Source: Scyliorhinus canicula
Lineage: Eukaryota
DNA: 64,000 bases
Assembly: GCF_902713615.1 (NCBI RefSeq)
Contig: NW_024055815.1
Location: 186,001 to 250,000, forward strand
Direction of reading: 5' to 3'
The notes beneath the pieces were generated by a model. That model searched no databases and had not been told where the DNA came from. It saw only the letters and a program-made list of their open reading frames with translations. The translations under genes and the position numbers were made by a program. This document shows positions 47,449 to 58,978 of the stretch, piece by piece. How positions within the stretch are numbered: position 1 is the stretch's first letter; each line of letters starts with the position of its first letter.

Positions 47449-49039
47449 CAGCGTGTAGGTTCGTTATTTACAGAGGTCTCTGGATAGTATATCCTTATTT
47501 AGAGTGGTCCCTGGCCAGTATATCATTATTTCCAGTGGTCCCTGGTAAAATGTCATTCTTTTCACTGGCCCCTGTATAGTACATCATTATTTACAACGGT
47601 CCCAGCGTGTAATTTCATTATTTACAGTTGTCCCTGGGTAGTATATCATTATTTACAGTGGTCCCTGTGTTGTATATCATTAGTTACAGTGGTCCCTGGG
47701 TAGTGTATCATTATTTACAGTGGTCCCTGACTACTATTCTATTATTTCAGTGGTCCCTGGGCAGTATATCATTATTTACAGTGGTCCCTGGGTAGGATAT
47801 CATTATTTACAGTGTCCCTGGTTACTATTCTATTATTTAAGTGGCCCCTGGGCAGTATATAATTATTTACTGTGGTCCTTGGGTAGTATATCATTACTTA
47901 CAGCGGTCCCTGGGTAGGATATCATTATTGACAGTGGTCCCTGTGTAGTATATCATTATTTACAGTGCTCCCTGTGTAGTTTATCATAATTTACAGTGGT
48001 CCCTGGGTAGGATATCATTATTTACAGTGGTCCCTGTGTAGTATATCATTATTTACATGGTCCCTGTGTAGTGTATCATTATTTACAGTGGTCCCTGGCT
48101 ACTATTCTACCATATCAGTTGTCCCAGGGCAGTATGCCATTATTTACAGCGGCCCAGTTGTAGTACATCATTATTTGCAACGATCCGAGCGTGTGATTTC
48201 ATTATTTACAGGCGGCCCTGGATACTATATCATTATTTACAATGGTTCCTGGGTAGTATATCATTATTTACAATGGACCGTGGGTGGCATGTCATTATAT
48301 ACAGTGGTCCCTGGACAGTATATCATTATTTACAGTGGTCCCTGGATAGTATATCATTATTTACAGTGGCCCCTGGGCAGTATATCATTATATACAGTGG
48401 TCCCGTGTCATATATCTTGATTTAATTTCGTTTAATTTCGTTTGATTTAGTTATTTGCTGGGGCCCTAGATAGGATATTTTATTTAAAGTCGTCACTGTG
48501 TAGTACGTCATTATATACAGCGGCCCAGCGTGTAGGTTCGTTATTTACAGAGATCTCTGGATAGTATATCCTTATTTAGAATGGTCCCTGGCCAGTATAT
48601 CATTATTTCCAGTGGTCCCTGGTAAAATGTCATTCTTTCCACTGGCCCCTGTATAGTACATCATTACTTACAACGGTCCCAGCGTGTAATTTCATTATTT
48701 ACAGTGGTCCCTGTGTAGTATATCATTAGTTACAGTGGTCCCTGGGTAGTGTATCATTATTTACAGTGGTCCCTGTGTAGTATATCATTATTTACAGAGG
48801 ACCCTGGATAGTATATCATTATTTACAGTGGCCCCTGGGTAGTATATCATTATTTACAGTGGTCCCTGTGTAGTATATCATTAGTTACAGTGGTCCCTGG
48901 GTAGTGTATCATTATTTAAAGTGGTCCCTGACTACTATTCTATTATTTCAGTGGTCCCTGGGCAGTATATCATTATTTACAGTGGTCCATGGGTAGGATA
49001 TCATTATTTACAGTGTCCCTGGTTACTATTCTATTATTT
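47449..49039. repeat. 31-bp satellite/minisatellite, left part
   Basis: Monomer GTAGTATATCATTATTTACAGTGGTCCCTGG; higher-order repeat (47449 vs 48526). Confidence 0.95.
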
Positions 49040-49389
49040 TTTTTTTTTAAATAATTTTTATTGAAAGAGTTTTTCCATACAGACATTTACCCCTACTAAT
49101 TTTTAAATTATTTACAACACAATCCCTCTAGGCAAATATCCCTCCCTCGCCCGCCCTCTCGCGCGCACCAGTCCTCCCCCTCCCCCCCCCCCCCCCCCAA
49201 GCAACAACTTAACAAACAAGGCAGCCTACAGTTTCAGACATGAGCAGCGAGCAGACTTGCCCACGTTACAGTCGTGCATGTCCCCCCACGACCATTGCTG
49301 CCCCCCCCTTCCCCTCCCCTCCCCCCCCCTCCCCCCCCCCCCCTCCCCCCCCCCCCCCCCCCGGTTGCTGCTGCCACGACCCCGTACAC

Positions 49390-52300
49390 CTATCTCTGAT
49401 CTAAAAAGTCAAGGAAAGGTTGCCACCGCCTGGAGAATCCCTGTACCGACCCTCTCAGGGCAAATTTGATCCTTTCTAGCTGAATATAGCTAGCCATATC
49501 GTTAATCCAAGTTTCAACGCTTGGAGGCCTCGCGTCCTTCCATTGAATTAATATCCTTCGTCGAGCCACTAGGGACGCAAAGGCCAGTATTCCGGCCTCC
49601 CTGGCCTCCTGTACCCCCGGTTCTACCCCGACCCCAAAGATCGCAAGCCCCCATCCTGGTATGACCCTGGACCCCACCACCTTCGACACCGTCCTTGCCA
49701 CCCCCTTCCAGAACCCTTCCAGCACCGGACATGCCCAGAACATATGCACATGGTTCGCTGGGCTTCCCAGACATCTGACACACCTGTCCTCACCCCCAAA
49801 GAACCGGCTCATCCTTGTCCCCGTCATGTGAGCTCTATGCAGCACCTTAAATTGAATGAGGCTCAGCCTCGCACACGAGGAGGAAGAATTGACCTTCTCC
49901 AGTGCATCCGCCCACGTCCCGTCTTCTATCTGCTCTCCCAGCTCCCCTTCCCACTTGGCTTTCAGCTCCTCCCCTGATGCTTCTTCCGCCTCCTGCATTA
50001 TCTTGTAGATGTCTGATATCTTCCCCCCTCCGACCCAGACCCCCGAGAGCACCCTATCACTCGCCCCCTTACTGGGGAGCAGGGGGAACCCCTCCACCTG
50101 CCGCCTAGCAAATGCCTTCACTTGTAAATATCTGAACATGTTTCCCGGGGGGAGCTCAAACTTCTCCTCCAGCCCTCCCAGGCTCGCAAACCTCCCCTCT
50201 ATAAACAGGTCCTTCAGCTGCCGTATGCCCACCCTGTACCAGCTCTGAAATCCCCCGTCGATGTTCCCCGGGATGAATCTATGGTTCCCTCTTATTGGCG
50301 CCGCCAACAGACCTCCCATTTCCCCCCTGTGTCGCCTCCACTGCCCCCATATCTTGAGGGTGGCCGCCACCACCGGGCTCGTGGTGTATCTCGTGAGGGG
50401 GAGCGGCCATGGTGCCGTTACTAGGGCCGCCAGGCTTGTGTTGCCACAGGACGCCCTCTCCATTCGTTTCCAAGCTGCCCCCTCCCCTTCCATCATCCAC
50501 TTGCGCACCATTGACACATTTGCCGCCCAGTATTACCCCGAGAGATTGGGTAGTGCCAGCCCTCCACTGTCCCTACTCCGCTCCAAAAAGACCCTTCTCA
50601 CCCTTGGGGTGCCATGCGCCCACACGTAACTCATGATGCTACTCGTCACCTTTTTGAAGAAGGCCCTAGGGAGGAAGATGGGCAAGCACTGAAATAAAAA
50701 CAAGAACCTTGGGAGGACCGTCATTTTGATTGACTGCACCCTCCCCGCCAGCGACAACGGTACCATGTCCCACCTCTTAAATTCCTCCTCCATCTGTTCC
50801 ACCAGCCTGGAAAAGTTCAACTTGTGGAGGGTCCCCCAGTTCCTTGCCACCTGCACCCCTAAGTACCTAAAGCTCTTTCCTGCTCGCTTGAAGGGGAGTC
50901 TCCCAATACCCTCTCCCTGATCCCCCGGGTGTATCACAAAAACCTCGCTTTTGCCCAAATTTAGTTTGTACCCCGAAAAGTCCCCAAACTCTGCTAATAG
51001 TTCCATTATCTCCGGCATTCCCCCTTCTGGGTCTGCCACGTACAGCAGTAGATCATCCGCATACAGCGATACTCGATGTTCCTCCCCTCCCCTAGTCAGT
51101 CCTCTCCACCCCCCTGAACCCCTCAGTGCCATCGCCAATGGTTCAATCGCCAGTGCGAAAAGTAGGGGGGATAGGGGACATCCCTGCCTGGTCCCTCGGT
51201 GGAGCCCGAAATACTCCGACCTCCTCCCGTTTGTCACTACACTCGCCGTCGGGGCCGAGTAGAGCAACTTCACCCACTTAATAAACCCTTCCCCAAACCC
51301 AAACCGTTCCAACGTCTCCCACAGGTACTCCCACTCCACCCTATCGAATGCCTTCTCCGCGTCCAGCGCTACCACTATCTCAGCCTCCCCCTCCACTGCC
51401 GGCATCATAATTACATTCAGCAATCTCCGCACGTTCGTGTTGAGCTGCCGCCCCTTCACGAACCCTGTCTGGTCCTCATGGATTACCCCGGCACACAATC
51501 CTCTATTCTAGCTGCCAGGATCTTTGCCAGCAACTTGGCATCCACGTTCAGAAGCGAGATAGGCCTGTAGGACCCGCACTGCACGGGGTCTTTATCCCGC
51601 TTCAATATCAGGGAGATCAGAGCCTGCGACATTGTCGGGGGCAGAACCCCCCCCTCTCGCGCCTCATTAAAGGCTCGTACCAGTACCGGTCCCACCAAGT
51701 CCACATTTTTCTTGTAGAATTCCACCGGGAACCCATCTGGCCCCGACGCCTTCCCCGCTTGCATCTGACCTATTCCCTTGACTAGCTCCTCTAGCCCTAT
51801 TGGCGCCCCCAGCCCTTCTACCAGCCCCTCCTGGACCCTTGGGAACCTCAATTTGTTTAGGAAGTCCTCCATTCCCCCTCTCCTCGTCGGCGGCTCAGAC
51901 CGATACAACTCCTTGTAAAAATCCCTGAAGACCCCATTCACTTCTTGCCCCTTCTGCACTACCTTCCCGCCCCTCTCCTTCACTCCCCCAATCTCCCTAG
52001 CCGCATCTCGTTTGCGAAGCTGGTGTGCCAGCATCCTGCTCGCCTTTTCCCCATACTCATAGACCGCGCCCTGTGCCCTTCTCCACTGCGTCTCTGCCTT
52101 CCTGGTGGTCAGCAGGTCGAACTTGACCTGCAGGCTGCGCCGTTCTCCCAGCAGCCCCTCCTCTGGTGCCTCCGCATATCTCCTATCCACTTCCAATAGC
52201 TCCCCCACCAGCCTCTCCCTCTCCTGCCTCTCCTTTCTTTCTCTGTGCGCCCTTATGGAGATCAGCTCTCCCCTGATCACTGCCTTCAGGGCCTCCCAGA

Positions 52301-53183
52301 CCATCCCCACCTGCACCTCACCCGTGTCATTGAAGTCCAGATAGCTCTCAATGCTCTTCCGGACCCTTTTACACACCTCGTCGTCCGCTAACAGCCCCAC
52401 ATCCAGCCGCCAAAGCGGGCGCTGGTCCCGCGCCTCTCCCATTTCCACATCCACCCAATGTGGTGCATGATCAGAGATCGCAATGGCCGAGTACTCAGCT
52501 TCCCGTACCCTCGGGATCAGCCCCCTGCTCAACACGAAGAAATCGATTCTGGAGTACACTCTATGGACGTGGGAGAAAAAGGAATACTCCCTCGCCCTCG
52601 GCCTACCAAACCTCCATGGGTCTACTCCTCCCATCTGCTCCATGTACCCCCTCAGCACTTCTGCCGCTGCCGGCCTCCTATTGGTCCTTGAGCCCGATCT
52701 GTCTAGCCCGGGGTCCAGCACTGTGTTAAAGTTCCCCCCCATGATCAAGCCCCCTGCCTCCAGTCCCGGAATGAGGCCCAATAGGCGCCTCATAAAACCC
52801 GCGTCATCCCAGTTCGGGGCATATACGTTGACCATCACCACTTTCTCCCCCTGCAGCTTACCCTTCACCATCACATACCTACCCTCCTTATCCGCCACCA
52901 CCTCCTCCGCCACGAACGACACCCTCTTTCCCACCAGAATCGCCACCCCCCGGTTCTTTGCATCCAATCCAGAGTGGAACACCTGTCCCACCCACCCCCT
53001 TCTCAGGCGAACCTGGTCCACTACCTTCAAATGGGTCTCCTGTAACATTGCTACATCAGCCTTCAGTCCCTTCAGGTGTGAGAATACCCTTGATCTCTTG
53101 ACCGGCCCATTCAGCCCCCTCACGTTCCAAGTGATCAGCCGGGTCGCGGGACGACCCGCCCCCTTCCCCTGCCGATTAGCCAT
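49390..53183 (-). pseudogene. L1 ORF2 (APE endonuclease-RT-Cys domain) with one frameshift and one nonsense codon
   Basis: TWNVRGLN, MLQETH, SDHAP, YRPISLLNVDAK, LDAEKAFD, GTRQGCPLSP, YADD; 1-nt loss in a G run near 51487; TAA at 50533-50535. Confidence 0.92.
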
Positions 53184-53954
53184 GTCCTGTTCCCTGCTCG
53201 CCCCGGGTCGACCCTCCCCTTTTGACCCGCTCCCCATGGCGATGTCCCCCTCCCCCCACCTCTCCAGTCCTCCACTTCCCGTTTCTGGTCTTTTCAGCAG
53301 CAACCCGGTGTCCCTCCCTAACCCCCCCCCCCCCCCCCCCCCAGGCTAGGACCCCTCCTAGCCGCGATGTACCCTCCATCGTACTCCCGTAAGTCAGCTG
53401 GTTCACGCTGACCCGGCTGCTCCTGCCACACTCCGACTCCCCCCGGCTCGGGGGGGGGGCCTCCCCCCCCTTGCCACTCCTCCCTGGCCCCGCTCCAGCG
53501 CGGGAAAGGTCGCCATTGCTAGCCACGCCCCGCACTCCTCCCCTCCCCCCCTCCTCTGCCCCGCGCGCGGGAAAACAGAGGAAAGCCCGCGCTTTCGCCC
53601 TGCCACACCCCACCCCGCCATCTTCAGTTCTACCCCCGTCCCCGTCCATGCCTGTAAAGAACCCCCCCTAGGAGCCCATATCCCCGATCTGCTCTCCCCC
53701 CCGTCCCGCCTCCCCAACTTAACATTATAAATAACAGATAGATAACAAATAACAATGTACTTAACAGTCGCCCTCTACCAAACAGCATAAATAACCATAA
53801 ATAACCATGAATAACCACAATAACAATAACTATGGGAAGTTGGCAAAGGGGGGAAAAAACATCAGAAGAAAAACCACAGCAAGAGTTCAAAATCCAAACA
53901 AAGAATTCAGCTGAAAGTACCCGAGCGGCTACGGCCGCCAAGTATCCCCTGGGT

Positions 53955-54725
53955 CTAATTCGAGTCCAGTTTCTCTTCCTGTACAAAGGCCCACGCCTCC
54001 TCTGGGGACTCAAAATAGTGGTGTTGGTTCCTGTAGGTGACCCACAAGCGCGCTGGCTGCAACATTCCGAACCTGATCCGTTTTGCATGTAGCACCGCCT
54101 TCGTCCGGTTGTACCGGGCCCGCCGCTTTGCCACCTCCGCACTCCAGTCCTGGTAGACCCTCACCGTCGAATTCTCCCACTTGCTGCTCCTTTCCCTCTT
54201 GGCCCACTCCAGCACTCTCTCACGGTCGCTGAGTCGCTGGAACCGCACCAGCACCGCCCTCGGGGGCTCATTTGCTCTTGGCCTCCTAGCCATGACCCTG
54301 TAGGCCTCTTCCAGCTCCAGGGGCGAAGGGACGGCCCCTGCCCCCATCAGGGAGCTCAGCATTTCTGCTACATATCCCGGGAGGTCTGACCCCTCCAGGC
54401 CTTCTGCCAGGCCCAAGATCCTCAGGTTCTTCCACCTCATTCGGGTATCCAGCTCCTCAAAACGGCTCTGCCATTTCAGGTGGAGTGCCTCGTGCACCTC
54501 TACCTTTCCCACGAGGACCGTGGCCTCCTCCTCCCTCGCAGTCATCTCCTGCTGCAGCTCCCGAATCGACGCCTCTTGGGTCGCCTGGGCTCCCATCAGC
54601 CTGGTGGTCGTCGCATTCATTGACTCCAAGAGCTCCATTTTCAGCTCCGTAAAGAAGCGCAGGAGAGCGGCCTGCTGCTCCTCCGCCCATTTCCTCCATT
54701 CCTCGGGTGCGCCACCGGCCGCCAT
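53955..54725 (-). CDS. L1 ORF1p (coiled coil, RRM, CTD)
   Basis: Open from ATG 54725 (frame open to 54911); RWKNLRILGLAEG, PPRAVLVRF, VRVYQDWSAEV. Confidence 0.88.
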   Translation of the reverse strand: MAAGGAPEEWRKWAEEQQAALLRFFTELKMELLESMNATTTRLMGAQATQEASIRELQQEMTAREEEATVLVGKVEVHEALHLKWQSRFEELDTRMRWKNLRILGLAEGLEGSDLPGYVAEMLSSLMGAGAVPSPLELEEAYRVMARRPRANEPPRAVLVRFQRLSDRERVLEWAKRERSSKWENSTVRVYQDWSAEVAKRRARYNRTKAVLHAKRIRFGMLQPARLWVTYRNQHHYFESPEEAWAFVQEEKLDSN

Positions 54726-54949
54726 TTTGATCTTCTTCGTCCGCTTTTTTTTGGGAGCTGCTGTTGCTTTCTTTACCACCCCACTCCGGGTACCGACCAT
54801 AAAGTTGGTCTGTTTCTCTTCAGGGAGCCTTCCCCCACCGGGATTTGTCCTTACAGCGCCGTTGGGGCCCTCCAATCGGCCCGAAAACACCTTTGTAGCA
54901 GGAGCAGCCAAACGTGCGACTTAGCTGGTCATAGCCGCAACCGGAAGTC

Positions 54950-55865
54950 ACTATTCTATTATTTAAGTGGCCCCTTGGCAGTATATAATTATTTACTGTG
55001 GTCCTTGGGTAGTATATCATTATTTACAGTGGTCCCTGGGTAGGATATCATTATTTACAGTGGTCCCTGTGTAGTATATCATTATTTACAGTGGTCCCTG
55101 GGTAGTGTATCATTATTTACAGTGTTCCCTGGCTACTATTCTACTATATCAGTTGTCCCAGGGCAGTATGCCATTATTTACAGCGGTCCAGTTGTAGTAC
55201 ATCATTATTTACAACGGTCCGAGCGTGTGAATCCGTTATTTATAGTGGTCCTGGATATTACATCATTATTTCTAGTGGTCCCTGGGTAGTATATCATTAT
55301 TTACAGAGGTCCCTGGGTAGTATATCATTATTTACAGAGGTCCCTGGGTAGTATATCATTATTTGCCGTGGTATCTTGGCAATATATCATTATTTACAGA
55401 TGTCCTCTGAAGTTCATCATTATTTACCAAGGTCCTAGGGTGGAATTTCATTATTAACAGTGCTCCCTGGAAACTATATTATCATTTACAGTGGTCACCG
55501 GGTGATATATCTTTATTTACAGTGTTGCCTGTGTAGTATGCCATTATTTACAGTGGCCCTCGGTAGTATATCATTAGTACAGTGGTCCCTGGGTAGAATA
55601 TCATTATTTTAGGGGCTGGCTTAGCTCACAAGGCTAAATCGCTGGCTTTTAAAGCAGACCAAGCAGGCCAGCAGCACGGTTCGATTCCCGTACCAGCCTC
55701 CCCGGACATGCGCCGGAATGTGGAGACTAGGGGTTTTTCACAGTAACTTCATTGAAGCCTACTCGTGACAATAAGCGATTTTCATTTCATATCATTATTT
55801 ACTGTGGGCCATGGTCAGTACGTCATTATTTGTAGTGCGTCGCACATCACTATTTACAGCGGTTC
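54950..55865. repeat. 31-bp satellite, right part (contains a SINE at about 55612-55790)
   Basis: Same monomer continues after the TSD. Confidence 0.93.
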
Positions 55866-55869
55866 CTCT

Positions 55870-56120
55870 TTCACCTGTGATTATCCCTCTCTCTGGATCT
55901 GTAATGATTTGATTACCTGCAAATGCTCGCATTCCAAGCATTGTCCGGCATCTCTGACTTTGTCTATATAAATGTTTCTGGAACATACCTTGCCATTCAC
56001 CTGAGGAAGGAGCTGCGCTCCGAAAGCTCGGATTTGAAACAAACCTGTTGGACTTTAACCTAGTTTTGTAAGACTTCTTACTGTGCTCACCTCAGTCCAA
56101 CGACCGTCATCTCCACATCA
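55870..56120 (+). mobile_element. Penelope 3' end and terminal repeat
   Basis: cattcacctgaggaaggagctgcgctccgaaagctc...gtaagacttcttactgtg. Confidence 0.8.
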
Positions 56121-56609
56121 CAATATGATAGAGTTTACCCTGCAGTTTGAGAGGGAGAAGCTGGAGTCAGGTGTAACTTTTGCTGACTCATTCCTTCACA
56201 GCATCAACTTCATTGTAAGTTCCAATCTGTCTGACCCTGGGCGCTGCCTGTGCTTTTCATGTTGAAAACATCTCTGTTCCACCCAATAAAAACAGACGCA
56301 CATTTCATAATCAGAGGGAAGTCTATCTTTTTGAGGTTGCATTGCAATTATTGTTAAAAGCGGCTGTGCCACGTGTTTGCTTTCTGGCCTCTCACTGGGG
56401 AAAGACAAGTTCTATTCCAGCTCTGCACAATAACTGACCTATCACACTGTCAATTATTCACAACTTCAATTGTGGAATACTGCATGAAGGATATTTACTT
56501 TATCCAGTATCTGATTTTATAATTTAGGATCAAATTTGTTTACTCAGCAAATTTATTAATCCGTATTGTGTTTTCCACATGATTCCCAGTTCCCCATATC
56601 TCCAAGCAC

Positions 56610-57085
56610 ACTCCCTCACACTCTATCTCTCCATCTCTCACATATTCTCCCTCTTCACACTCTCTCACTCGCTCACACTCTCTCTCCCACTTCTTCCCTC
56701 TCTCGCACTCTCAGCCTCTCTCGCACCCTCCATCTATCACACTCCCTCCCTCTCTCGCACTCTCTATCTATCACACTCCCTTCCTCCCTCGCACTCCCTC
56801 TCGCACTCCAACCTTCTTTCCCTCTCTCGCACTCTCTCCCCCTTTCGCACTCTCTCTCTCTTGTGCTCTCTCCCTCTCTCTCCTTCTGACATGTTCTTGA
56901 CCTCACTCAGCCTCTCTCGCACCCTCCATCTATCACACTCCCTCCCTCTCTTCCACTCTCACACACTCACCCTCCCTCTGTCTCTCCCTGCATGCCTCGC
57001 TCCCTCACACACTCTTTCCCTCTCTCACACACCTCTCCAACTTTCTCTCACATTCTTTCCCTCTCCCACTCCCTCAGTCACTCAG
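56610..57085. repeat. CT-rich low-complexity tract
   Basis: Degenerate ctctctcgca/cactc repeats. Confidence 0.85.
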
Positions 57086-57359
57086 TCGCTCTCTTATGTC
57101 TGATATAATGTTAGTATTTTATACACCATCCTTCTCACACAATCTGCCTCCCTCATCCATTCACCCACTCGGCTCCATTCTCTGCTTCCCTTTCTCTCAG
57201 ACAATCTACCTCCTTCTCTCGTTTTATTCTTTATTTCTCCCACCCTCTTTCTCTCCCATTCTATCTCCTCCCACCCTCTCACCCTGTCTTCTTGCAGCGC
57301 ATCGCACAGGCCCGTTCTCTCTTCCTCCACATCTCACCCCGCCTCTCTCCCAGTTTAAG

Positions 57360-57725
57360 TGAATGAAATTAATGAAATTTGTTTATTGTCACAAGCAGGC
57401 TTCAGTGAAGTAACTGTGAAAAGCCACTACTCGCCACATTCCAGCGCCTGTTCAGGGAGGTTGGTTCGGGAATCGAACCGTGCTGCTGGCCTGTCTTGGT
57501 CTGCTTTAAAAGCCAGCGATTTAGCACTGTGTGCTAAACCAGCCCCTAATGAAATGAAAATCGCTTATTGTCACAAGTAGGCTTCAATGAAGTTACTGTG
57601 AAAAGCCCCTAGTCGCCACATTCCGGCGCCTGTCCGGGGAGGCTGGTACGGGAATGGAACCGTGCTGTTTGCCTGCTTGGTCTGCTTTCAAAGCCAGCAA
57701 TTTAGCCCAGTGAGCTAAACCAGCA
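57360..57725 (-). mobile_element. Two tandem short SINEs
   Basis: Two successive copies of the 19711 family. Confidence 0.8.
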
Positions 57726-58009
57726 GTCTGGCCGGTCTGTGTATCAGATGGTCGGCCGATATCAATTAGAGACGGGGTATTAGTTTTCACAGCTGCATAT
57801 GTTTTAATGCTGCTCTCTGAGGTGTTGAGTTTGAATGTGCTGCAGCCTCTGAGTTTTCTGAGGTTCCAATGGTTCTAAAGATTTTCTTAGTTTGAGGGTC
57901 TGAATTAGATTTAGATATGGGATCACATACTTTGCGCTTAAAACAGTTCCAGATTTTGGAGACATTGAAATTTGCTACTTAGGCTCAGACAGAACGTACT
58001 GAAATCAAA

Positions 58010-58632
58010 TCAAGGAATGGTCACAGATAGAGGCAGCTACATCCCAGAGTGCAGTGGAACCACCCATACAAACACACTGACAATTGCAACTGAATCACTG
58101 AATGGTCACAGTAACAGAGACAGCTACACCCCAGAGTGCAGTGGACCCACCCAGAGAAACACGCTGACAATTGGAACTGAATCACTGAATGGTCACAGGT
58201 ACAGAGGCAGCTACATCCCAGAGTGCAGTGGACCCACCCAGAGAACCACACTGACAATTGGAACTGAATCACTGAATGGTCACAGTTATAGAGACAGCGA
58301 CACCCCAGAGTGCAGTGGACCCACCCAGAGAAGCACACTGACAATTGGAACTGAATCACTGAATGGTCACAGTTACAGAGACAGTTACACCCCAGAGTGC
58401 AGTGGACCCACCCAGAGAAACACACTGACAATTGCAACTGAATCACTGAATGGTCACAGATAGAGGCAGCTACACCCCAGAGTGCAGTGGAACCACCCAG
58501 AGAAACACACTGACAATTGGAACTGAAAAACTGAATGGTCAGAGTTACAGAGGCAGCTACACCCCAGAGTGCAGTGGAACCACCCAGAGAAACACACTGA
58601 CAATTGGAACTGAATCACTGAATGGTCACAGT
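58010..58632. repeat. 87-bp tandem repeat, about 7 copies
   Basis: ccagagtgcagtgg recurs at 58044, 58131, 58218, 58305 and 58392, then after one 85-nt unit. Confidence 0.95.
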
Positions 58633-58978
58633 GGTGTGAGGGTTATCACTGTAACAATCTGAGATCTAGAGATGGGACTGATGTTGTCTGAGTGGACAGC
58701 ATCATTTCTGTTAATGTTAGCTGAACAATGTGATCAACACAGTTCAGTGTTTGGAAAGTGGTTACTCACTCAAAAGAGAATATTTTATTTCACTGAACAC
58801 AATATCGTAATCTGTTTGTTCATATATTTCTAATAATAACGTGTACGATTTCACAACCTCAATATCCCTGAGGTGGTTCCCCAGGGTATAAATTAAATGC
58901 TTTGGGAACATATAACCGCAGAGTTTCAGACACAGAGACTGACACCAGCACGAAAGGACACATCACTTCATACTGAAA

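Larger units (their letters stand above)
49040..54949 (-). mobile_element. Full-length L1 retrotransposon (about 5.9 kb)
   Basis: 5' end GACTTCCGGTTGCGG, ORF1, ORF2 EN-RT, poly(A); TSD ACTATTCTATTATTT at 49025-49039 and 54950-54964. Confidence 0.95.

Noticed and set aside
47720-48420. Tyr/Ile-rich ORFs
   Set aside because: Translations of the 31-bp satellite.
52483-54924. Long plus-strand ORFs (288 aa and 134 aa) antisense to L1
   Set aside because: Shadow frames of GC-rich L1 ORF2/ORF1 codons; no recognisable domain.
47449-55865. CRISPR-like array
   Set aside because: Monomers are contiguous and degenerate with no unique spacers; eukaryotic satellite context, no cas genes.
56566-57103. 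Leu/Ser/His-rich and Arg/Glu-rich ORFs
   Set aside because: Translation artefacts of the CT-rich tract.
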